Below are positions 47,158 to 56,074 of a DNA stretch of 56,074 nucleotides, piece by piece. The position numbers and the translations under genes were made by a program. Every line of letters begins with the position of its first letter. Position 1 is the first letter of the stretch. Below the pieces are notes generated by a model. That model was not told where the DNA came from and ran no database searches. It worked only from the letters and a program-made list of their open reading frames with translations. The stretch is from positions 1 through 56,074 of the forward strand of contig NW_015175496.1 in assembly GCF_001447785.1 (NCBI RefSeq), in the 5' to 3' direction. Origin of the DNA: Gekko japonicus. Its lineage: Eukaryota.

Positions 47158-47609
47158 TATCTTACACAGTAATACATGGCAGTGTCTTCAAGTTTCAAGT
47201 TGTTCATTTGCAGGTGCAGCAGGCTGTTGGAGTTGTCCCTGGAGATGGTGAACCGTCCTTTCACAGAATCTGAGTAGTACGTTGGGTTGGCTTGTATGAG
47301 GGCTACCCATTCTAGCCCCTTTCCAGGAGCCTGTCTGACCCAGTCAAAATGGTAGCTGCTGAAGGTGAACCCAGAGCCTTGACAGGAAAGGTGGAGGGAG
47401 TCTCTAGGCTTCTTCATATCTCCTCCAGATGCCACCAGCTGGACTTTTGAAAGGGCCGCTGCAGAAAGATAGATGTTTGAAGACAACTGATCTAGCAGAA
47501 ACATATAACTATATTGTAATGCCCCTTTGTATTTGTTTTTTTTAAAAAATAGAAGCATACCTCTGAAGAATGGTACAAAGAAAACAAATTGAAGCAAAAA
47601 ATTCAGCAT
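47158..47609 (-). CDS. IGHV: VH-3: complete IGHV segment (clan III)
   Basis: Leader 47609-47561 [16 protein letters not shown]|GT; V exon 47458-47158 KVQLVASGG...YYCVR. Confidence 0.92.
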
Positions 47610-47722
47610 TGTTGTTCTGAAGAAGATAGGCTACAAAGTAATTGGGTACTCAGGAGTAATGTCTGTGGTTGTAGCTGGGATCTTGGAGGAATTGACTGAT
47701 TTAAGCAGGAAGCTACCCCTAA

Positions 47723-47730
47723 ATTTGCAT
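47723..47730 (-). promoter_or_regulatory. Ig octamer of VH-3
   Basis: Consensus ATGCAAAT upstream of the leader. Confidence 0.85.
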
Positions 47731-48215
47731 GCAGCACAGGATAAAAAGAGCCAAAAGTAGTCACTGCCAAGTAGGAGTTCTTTGTGTCTGCACATCATCT
47801 AAGACCAGTGTAACAGGACATAATTCTATAACATGTTGATCATTATGACTGTCATTGTGGGTTTGGAGTATATGAACTGAAGGCAGATCTGGGTTAAAAA
47901 TGTATGCATGTCTCTATATTTTCCACAAAATTTATACCCCACCTTTCTAACAAATTAAAATATGCATAATAAAACCACATTTAAAACCATGAATACCAGC
48001 CACTCCCCAAGACACAGATCATTAAAACAATTAAAACTGAAGCTAAAATACAGGAATGTTGGAACAGTAATGGAAACATTGGTCAGAAAGTAGGGATCTC
48101 TGAGACAATGTTAGATGGAGGGGGGGGGAAGAGTTTACATCACTGGCATAAGATGGCAACATAAGGTGACAGACAAATATCCTGGTGAGAGAATTCAAGA
48201 TTTTGGTGCCATGAC

Positions 48216-48421
48216 CAATGTTCCCTCTAAGTTGTGGAGTCCTATGAGCAAAAATTCTACTTTGTGAGCTACTGGCATTAAAGCTGTGAGCAGGTGATTT
48301 GGCTACTGCATCAATTAGTTTGCTCTGGTGCCATCCTTCCTAAGTGATGACAAAAATATGTGAGCCAGAGGCTACAAAATCGTGAGCTAGTTCACACTGA
48401 CTCAACTTAGAGGGAACACTG
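48216..48421. mobile_element. hAT-type MITE (CAATGTTCCCTCTAAG family)
   Basis: TIRs plus TSD GCCATGAC. Confidence 0.9.
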
Positions 48422-48814
48422 GCCATGACCAAGAATAAAATATAAGTCTCTCGGGAATGGGGGTAGGGGGTAGGCTGTGAAATCTCTACTTCCAAAGAGT
48501 AGATGGATACAGAAAAGGGATAGCTAAAGGCTAATTATTCTGGCTTTAGGGTAGACCTGCATGTTATATTGACCAGGATTCTTTCCCCCACCATGGATTT
48601 CCAAGAGGGTTGGAATTCATCTCTCTCTATTTGTTGGAAAGAAAAGTTAACATTATGTATCTGGTATGATGTGATCGTGCCCTTGCTCTGTGGAAAACAT
48701 CATACAGGGATCATAGTTACTAACAGAAATTTATAGCAAATTCTTTGGGGAATGATAGCCTCAAGAGATTGGTACAATATTAGCTGTCTAACAGATGGGG
48801 TGGGGAGGTGCCCT

Positions 48815-48990
48815 GGTAGATCCCAAACTCATCATATATCAAAAGTTAAGCAAGGTCAGCACATGGAAGGGAGGCCTCCAAGGAAGTATCTGCAGAAGAA
48901 GGCAAGGGTAAACCACCTCCGCTTCTCACATGCCTTAAAAACCCTTTTCCAGGGTCACCATAAGCCAGCTGCAACTTGACAGCATTTGAC
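48815..48990 (+). mobile_element. 5S rRNA-derived SINE remnant with RTE-type tail
   Basis: AAGTTAAGCAAGGTCAG...GGGAGGCC resembles the 5S internal promoter; tail GGCAAGGGTAAACCACCTC...CAACTTGACAGCA. Confidence 0.55.
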
Positions 48991-49648
48991 ATCTGACAGA
49001 TGGCAAAGGAATTAACCAACCTTGAAGTGAAAACCACAAGTCAGGCTAAAAATTATTATTCATCACAATCATTTTTTAGAGAATTGCTGCCCCCTTCTGA
49101 TAAAAAAAGGATGAGAATCTTCTGCCCTGACTTTATGAACAGATATTTGTACAGGCGTGTGTGTTGAGAATTGGGATAGATCTATGAACTCTGCCTAAAT
49201 GATACCTGTGAATCCCTGTGGAACAGGTCCACATGACCATCTCCTGGTATGGGTGGCTAATGAACCCTTTTCCCTCGTATTGCTCATTAGAGTGGTCAAG
49301 GTTTGCCCTTTCTCATTTTCTTCTGCATCCATCTGGCCTTTCACAGCCTGCTATAACAAAACCTGGACCTTCTGTAATTGTAGAAGTCCAGTGGCATCAT
49401 AAAGGCTAACAATATTTACTGAAGTATGACCTTTTGCGATATGGAGCTTACTTCCTCACATACAACAGAAAGAAAGAACACAGTTTCCCTTAAAAAATTG
49501 CAGAAATGGAGGGGGAAAGATGGAGGAGTTTTGGAAGAGAGGCCTGGTATCATATTCAGGGTGGTTGTCTAGATATACATAATGAATGATGAGATAGGTC
49601 AGAGGTTCTAGCCACTCCCTCATTCAGTGAAAATAAAAGTGCAATATA

Positions 49649-50162
49649 GGCCCCGGTCACACAGAGGATTTGCCGCACTAAAGGCACAAATGTCAGGTGG
49701 ATTTTCGGGGCGCGATCACACCACAACATTTGGGAAGCATAGCGCACCTGTGGCCAACCTGTGGCATCCCGCCAAAGATGTGCAGTAAAAAAGTACCTCA
49801 GAAAGTGCACTAGTATCCGGAAAACACAGTGCAGGGGCAGACATCTGATCGCGGGAGCACTAGTATCCTGTGGCATCCGGTGCCTGTCCACATCCTGTCA
49901 CAAACCGGATGTTTTTTGTAAGCGCATACGCACAAACACATAACTGAAAGCAGTGCTGCTCCATGGAACTGCGCATGCGCACAAATGCAAAATGCTTGCC
50001 GTGCCGCGACTTTGCCATGCTCCAGCATTGCCATGTGATTGCCAGCGAACAGCCTAAATGCAAAGACTCGGGGGACTGTGTGATAGGGCTACCATGCTTT
50101 ATTTTGCTCCGGGGCAAACAGCCACGCCTCCCCCCCGCGTTCTGGCCCATATGACCGGGGCC
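49649..50162. mobile_element. PIF/Harbinger-type MITE
   Basis: TIR GGCCCCGGTCA / TGACCGGGGCC; TSD ATA. Confidence 0.85.
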
Positions 50163-50819
50163 ATAGTAGGGTACAAAAAATAATTAAGAAAAAGGAAGTA
50201 GGAACGATTTACAGAATTAACTCACATCAGGAAAGGGTTATCATATCATGCAACGTGTTAAGAAGTCTCTTTTCAAATGGCAAATTGTCCATCTCCAAAA
50301 TGAACAAATGGTTACAGAAAGCTTCAGGTGGGTAGGCACGCTGGTCTCCAGTAGTCTGGTTTATAGGGCAGGTCTTTGCTCCGTCTTCTCCCTTCCTGGT
50401 CCTTCTGGGTGTTCTCCCAACTGATTATTCAGATCCCAGTGGATGCAGGACCTTCCCACCCATACTGCCCCCTCTCTGCTGAGCTCACCCCATGGGAAGA
50501 TGGGCCGGCTCCAGCTTCTTCTCCCTGAACTCAGTCATCGCTGACGCTACCACATCAACTCCCAAAGCCCCTGGGCCGACCCACCTGATCTGAACCTCTG
50601 ATCCACCCTACACCACACCCTCAATGACAGGGCCCAGCCACAATGTCCACCCTGCAGCTGGGCTATAACAGAAGCTGTTGCCCTGGTCCAAGTTGGCTGC
50701 AGCCCACTCCCCAGGCTTGGCTGACTGCTGAGCTGCTGACCAGCAAGGAGATTTGGACATAATGAGCTGTGCTCTCCCCCTCCCTTTATTGTTTGAATTG
50801 TGGGTTCCCATCACAGTAA

Positions 50820-51080
50820 GTAGAGACTGGATTTATACCCTGCCCTTCACTACCAGAAGGAGTCTCAGAGTGCCTTACAGGCTCCTTTCCCTTCCCCTCC
50901 CCACAACAGACACCCTGCAAGGTAGGTGGGGCTGAGAGAGCTCTGAGAGAACGGCCCTTGAGAGAACTGTTCTGAAAGAACTTGTGACTGACCCAAGGTC
51001 ACACCAGCAGCTGCATGTGGAGGAGTGGGGAAATCAAACCTGGTTCTCCCAGATTAGAGTCTGCACTCCTAACCACTATA
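50820..51080 (-). mobile_element. Squam3-like SINE
   Basis: Family motifs in reverse orientation. Confidence 0.75.
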
Positions 51081-51268
51081 AAGAGACCTATAAGTTCCAT
51101 CTGAAGTATGAAATGCATGCACTGTAGACTTATATTGGGTTAATGCTATTTGCCATCACTCCTGATGTCACCCAAATAATCTTTGAACTATAGTTTGGTG
51201 AGTATCCTATCAGAAACCCCTGACTCCTGTCACAGAAGTATAGCTCCCAAAATTCCCTTGGTAGGGAG

Positions 51269-51470
51269 CAATGTTCTAAGCTGTGGAGTCCTGTGGGCAA
51301 AAATTCTACTTTGTGAGCTACTGGCATTAAAGCTGTGAGCGAGTGATTTGGCTACTGCATAAATTAGTTTGCTCTGGAGCGATCCTTCCTGAGCTAAGGC
51401 AAAAATGTGTGAGCCAGAGGCTAAAAAACTGTGAGCTAGCTCACACTAACTCAGCTTAGAGAGAACACTG
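51269..51470. mobile_element. hAT-type MITE (CAATGTTCCCTCTAAG family)
   Basis: TSD GTAGGGAG. Confidence 0.88.
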
Positions 51471-51595
51471 GTAGGGAGACTAGTTCTTGAACCGATTACA
51501 TTCAGTAAAATAGACTATTCATTAAATGTTCTTAATTTCTTGCACTTGGCAATTTGCAGAAGAACTGGCTCAGACAGCTGTCAGCACAGAAAGAG

Positions 51596-51634
51596 GGTTT
51601 TTGCCTGGCTACAAATTCACTTCCTCTCACTGTG
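51596..51634 (-). other. 23-RSS of VH-4
   Basis: CACAGTG + 23 bp + GCAAAAACC. Confidence 0.9.
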
Positions 51635-52079
51635 TGTCTTGCACAGTAATACACAGCCGTGTCTTCAGTTTTCAGGTTGTTCATTTGCAGCTTCAGCAGG
51701 TTGTTGGAATCCTCCCTGGAGATGGTGAATCGTCCTTTCACAGAATCTGAGTAGTAGATGGGGTTTGAAGATGTACTTATATAGGCCAACCACTCCAAGC
51801 CCTTCCCAGAAGCCTGCCTGACCCAGTTAAACCGGTAGCTGCCAAAGGAAAACCCAGAAGCTTGACAAGAAAGTTGGAGGGACTCTCCGGGCCTCTTTAC
51901 ATCCCCTCCAGATTCCACCAGCTGCACCTCTGATAGGATGCCTAGAAAGACAGACAGCCAGATTTTAAATAGATCTGCTGCACAGCTAGATTCAAAATGT
52001 AACAATATTCTATATCAGAAGAACAGAAATCACCTCTAAATACTATTGAGGTGCAAACAAGTTGAAGCCACATCATCAT
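51635..52079 (-). CDS. IGHV: VH-4: complete IGHV segment (clan III)
   Basis: Leader 52079-52034 [15 protein letters not shown]|GT; V exon 51941-51635 EVQLVESGG...YYCAR. Confidence 0.93.
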
Positions 52080-52194
52080 TTCGAGAGGCTTTGAGAGGGT
52101 TTGACGTGACAGTCCTCACTCACACACACAGGGACCCAAGGTAGCTGGCCCAAGGAGAGTGGAGACCTCCTTTAAACAGGAAAGCGGCCCCTGC

Positions 52195-52202
52195 GTTTGC
52201 AT
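52195..52202 (-). promoter_or_regulatory. Variant octamer of VH-4
   Basis: ATGCAAAC at the homologous promoter position. Confidence 0.75.
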
Positions 52203-52375
52203 ACAGCTCCGGATAAAAGGGCAACCACACAAGTGGTTGGCCCTCTGTTCCTGATTTGGGAGAGGACAAACAGTTACTTACCCTAAGCAATGATGCAGGA
52301 ATCGTGGGTTCAAAGAATGTCTTAGAGTCAGGCTCGAGTTAAGCAGAAATATAACAACGGATGAAATTGTATGTA

Positions 52376-52782
52376 AGGGCCAAACTAAATGTTATGTGTA
52401 ATGTGAGTCACATCGTAGGTGCCTGACCCGGCTCTTAGCCACACATTCATATGAGGACTAACCTGCAAGAATCTTGCTCCATGTAACTCCAAATGCAGTG
52501 AGAGGGAATGGGGGGACTTCAGGGTTGCCCCCCCCTGTGCAATTTTCCTGTTTCCCATTTCCTTGGGCTCCCCAGGGTCACCCCAGGGCATGTGTACCCT
52601 GAGGAAGGGACAGCCAGGCCCCCACTGTGGGTGTTACCACTGGAGAAAATGGCCTCGTCTCCCACACAATGTTTGGAGCTGCACAGAGTGAAAAAGAGAT
52701 TTTTTTTAAGGCTACTCCCTGCATGAACGCGTCAGACAAGTGAGACCTGATTCGTGTTGCATGTAATGTCTAGTTTGGCCCT
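52376..52782. mobile_element. Harbinger-type MITE
   Basis: TIR AGGGCCAAACTA / TAGTTTGGCCCT. Confidence 0.75.
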
Positions 52783-52918
52783 GGATTCTTTTCCCTAAAG
52801 GTTTCCAGTAAAAGAATAGAGGGGTATTCATGCCTGATCAACAAAGAAACTTGTAATGTAATCAAAATCATGCTACATGTGCGAAGAAAAGGGAGCCGCT
52901 CCAAAAGGGAGCTCTTAA

Positions 52919-53601
52919 GGGAGCGGTGGTGCAGGCAGTAAGAATGCCTGCTATAACATCAACGAACAGCACTATTGCTGTTCGAGACCCACCACGGCCG
53001 GGGTGAGCTCCCAGCCCTAGTCCCAGCTCCCGCCCACCCAGCACCCAGTGTTTCGAAAGCATTAATATCTAGCAAGTAGATAAATGGGTCCCTGCCCTAG
53101 GTGGCAGGGGGCACCCTCCTCCGGTGGGGCGTGCAGCAGAGGCATCGGCGGCGGTGGCAACGGAATGGCGATGGCAGAGTGGCAAGTGAAGCAATGGAGC
53201 AGCTGAGGAGTGCCCTGCGAGCGTGGCATGAGCGGCAGAATCCAGAAGAGGCGGAGCCACGGTGGTACGGCGGCGTGTCGGCGCAGCGCAACGGAGCCAA
53301 AAGGGACGATAGTCGGAGCTGCGGCGGTCGCGGGCCCGTGCACTGGAGGAGCCTGTCGGAGGAAGCCACGGAAAAGGAAGAAATCTGCCCCAGGACACTG
53401 GACGTGGAGTGCCGACATCCGAGGCTTCCGGAAGACGACAGACTCCAACAACAAGCCCTGCTGCCGGGTGCTGGTAGGAAGTCACCCCCCGTATAATTGT
53501 GGCCTTAGTTAGGAACCAATGATTGTGGAAGCCGCTCAGAGACCCTTCGGGGTTCGAGCGGGATATAAATTGAATGATAAAATAAATAAAAATAAAAATA
53601 A
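52919..53601 (+). mobile_element. Composite SINE: Sauria-like head, CpG-rich body, L2/Squam3-like tail
   Basis: GTTCGAGACCC...GGTGAGCTCCC...TTCGAAAGCA...GCAAGTAGATAAAT head; AGCCGCTCAGAGAC...GCGGGATATAAAT + (TAAAA)n tail. Confidence 0.65.
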
Positions 53602-54280
53602 GTAGGGACCCAACGTAACAGCAGAATTCATTGATCAGTCTGTTCTCAGCTCCTCCCAGGACAGCTCCTCCATTGTTTCTTCTTCATGAGGACCTCCACC
53701 GATAGAAAACCTTCCCTCCTCCTTTAAGGCTCTGCCCATGAGCCTTTGTAAGTTGATGTTTCCCTGCCGAGCCCTCCAATCCCCGACTACTAAGGACTGA
53801 CCTTACAAGGGTTGCCATCTTCTGGGTTGGAAATTCTTGGAGATTTTTTTTTCGGGGGGGGGATGAGTCTGGGGAGGTTGCATTTTGGGGAAGGGAGGGA
53901 CCTCAGCAGGCTATAACGCCATAGAGCCCACCCTCCAAAGCAGCTATTTTATCCTGGAGAACTGATCTCTGTCATCTGGAGATCAGTTGTGATTCCAGGA
54001 CATCTCCAAGCCCTACCTAGAGGCTGGCAACCCTCAACCTGACTTGATGTGGACCAGGAGTAAAGAAGGAGGCAGGCAAGGCGGAACTGAGGACAGCTGG
54101 GACTGGGAGGAGCACTGCTTTATGTGCCCTAATGGGCCAGCCTCCCTGGTTCCTCATAAGTAAATTGAAGGAAAAGCCACCTGAAGTGTCACATTTTGGT
54201 GTCTTCTCCACCTGGAAAATGGTTTCGTAATTCCCCGTCCATAATGGAAGTCCATTCTAGGTGTCTGTTTAGTTGACTTT

Positions 54281-54631
54281 GGAGCTGCGGTGGCTCAAGT
54301 GGTTAAGACGCTGAACTGCAGGCTGGGAAACGTCGGTAGTTCAGCAGTTCGAGATCCAGGGGTGCCGCATGATGGAGTGAGCTCCCGTCTCTAGTTCCAG
54401 CTCCTGCCAACCTAGCAGTTCGAAAGCAAGAAATTGCAAGTAGATAAATAGGTACCCCTTCAGTGGGAAGGTAACAGTGTTCCGCGCGCCTTGGTGTTTA
54501 GTCATGCTGGTCACATGACCATGGAAATGTCTTCAGACAGCGCTGGCTCTTCGGCTTGGAAACGGAGATGAGCACCGCAACCCTAGAGTCGGATTTGACT
54601 GGCTTTCGAGAAAGGGAACCTTTACCTTTAC
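54281..54631 (+). mobile_element. Sauria SINE with TSD
   Basis: TSD TTTAGTTGACTTT at 54268-54280 and 54632-54644. Confidence 0.9.
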
Positions 54632-55385
54632 TTTAGTTGACTTTAGAGAAGCTAAGTGTCATTTCCTCATGGCTACAGCAGACAGAATTTATATTAAAAT
54701 AAATATATTTATTAGATTGTGTATACAATAATGTAGTTAAAAAAATAAGGCCTTTGAGACATTCTCAGTACTTTTTCAGTTGAGTTTGTTTCCCCCTTTT
54801 ACTTTGCTTATTTACTGATGGTCCCATCCTCAATGAGTTATTTCCTTCAGTTCGTTAGATGTTGACCTCAGTGGGATTTATCAACTTCTCGCTTAAACTG
54901 TGGCAGGGAAGAGAAATAGAACAGGCTTCCTGCCCAAGAATAATTTTTTGGCTTCTTTGAACTGGAGAGATGCCAGATACAAGAGCTTTGTAGTGAAAAG
55001 CCAGCTGAGACAGAGTCCCTGGTGATGTAGAAGATAACCGAGATAGACAAGTCATTTGACACAGAGGACTATTTTTTAAAAAAATGGCATCCAAAGATGG
55101 ATCTACATTTTGATAGATTATGGAAATTACTGACTTGAAAGGGATTTTTTTCCTTTGGACCTGAGAACATTATATCAGCATGCTTCTCTCTGATAGAAGG
55201 TGAGGTGGTGTTACTGTCCTTATATTGATTGGTTGATTCATCTGTAGCATATTTGATTTTTCTTGGTTTCTTTCTCTGAGCTGGACAGCTGATCTCTCAG
55301 CACTGTCTGAGTTGTATTCCAGGTGTAAAGTTCATGCTCCAAAGGACAAAGGAATGCATAGAAGGGTGAATAACCTCAAATAGAA

Positions 55386-55386
<1 letters not shown>

Positions 55387-55416
<30 letters not shown>

Positions 55417-55529
55417 AAGAAGAAGAAGAAGAAGAAGAAGAGGAGGAGGAGGAGGAGGAGGAGGAGGAGGAGATTGGATCTATACCCCGCCCTTCACAAC
55501 CCAAAGGTGTCTCAGAGCGGCTTACAAAC
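55387..55529 (-). repeat. (GAA)n(GGA)n expanded tail of a Squam3-like SINE running into the gap
   Basis: Trinucleotide run followed by GATTGGATCTATACCCCGCCCTTCAC. Confidence 0.85.
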
Positions 55530-55935
55530 NNNNNNNNNNNNNNNNNNNNNNNNNNNNNNNNNNNNNNNNNNNNNNNNNNNNNNNNNNNNNNNNNNNNNNN
55601 NNNNNNNNNNNNNNNNNNNNNNNNNNNNNNNNNNNNNNNNNNNNNNNNNNNNNNNNNNNNNNNNNNNNNNNNNNNNNNNNNNNNNNNNNNNNNNNNNNNN
55701 NNNNNNNNNNNNNNNNNNNNNNNNNNNNNNNNNNNNNNNNNNNNNNNNNNNNNNNNNNNNNNNNNNNNNNNNNNNNNNNNNNNNNNNNNNNNNNNNNNNN
55801 NNNNNNNNNNNNNNNNNNNNNNNNNNNNNNNNNNNNNNNNNNNNNNNNNNNNNNNNNNNNNNNNNNNNNNNNNNNNNNNNNNNNNNNNNNNNNNNNNNNN
55901 NNNNNNNNNNNNNNNNNNNNNNNNNNNNNNNNNNN
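55530..55935. other. Assembly gap
   Basis: 406 N. Confidence 1.
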
Positions 55936-56074
55936 GGCAACCCATTCTTCCCCTTCTTCCCTTCACAAACCCACACATGGCAGAAATTGCTACCTGAAAG
56001 ACATCACACTACATTGGCACTTGTGCCAGATTCTATAGCTCACAATGGAAAGTAACTTGTGCTTTTGGTTGGGA

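Noticed and set aside
47459-47560. VH-3 leader intron is open and in frame (102 nt)
   Set aside because: Normal splice sites are present; the feature is not shared by the other VH segments; likely chance.
42778-52202. VH segments as T-cell receptor V genes
   Set aside because: [21 protein letters not shown] and octamer promoters are IGHV-type; no TCR segments are seen.
53062-53512. Overlapping ORFs of 90-138 aa
   Set aside because: They lie inside the CpG-rich composite SINE and have no recognisable domain.
54850-55140. Possible L1-type ORF2 C-terminal remnant (KITEIDKSFDTEDYFLKKWHP)
   Set aside because: Too degenerate to support without a search.
55376-56055. Long ORFs spanning the end of the window
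   Set aside because: Artefacts of the N gap and the trinucleotide repeat.
1-56074. CRISPR arrays, tRNA or rRNA genes, prokaryotic systems
   Set aside because: Eukaryotic intron-containing DNA; tRNA-like and 5S-like pieces are SINE heads; no repeat-spacer array is present.

Overview
Vertebrate genomic DNA, almost certainly squamate and probably a gecko (Sauria, Squam2-like and Squam3-like SINEs, CR1 LINEs, many MITEs). The left 39 kb holds three 6-exon vomeronasal type-2 receptor (V2R, class C GPCR) genes on the + strand. V2R-1 has one in-frame TGA in exon 3; V2R-2 and V2R-3 look intact (880 aa each). The right 14 kb is an immunoglobulin heavy-chain V array on the - strand, with four complete VH segments (octamer promoter, leader, intron, V exon, 23-bp-spacer RSS) plus an orphan FR3-RSS duplicate. 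The main observation is that the two families are interleaved. Each V2R gene is followed tail-to-tail by a VH of the same subfamily (two relics, one intact), so a [V2R-> <-VH] cassette was duplicated at least twice, and most mappable breakpoints fall inside VH sequence. All VH segments point toward the V2R genes. Coordinates were read by eye, repeat boundaries are approximate, and no database search was possible. There is an assembly gap at 55530-55935.
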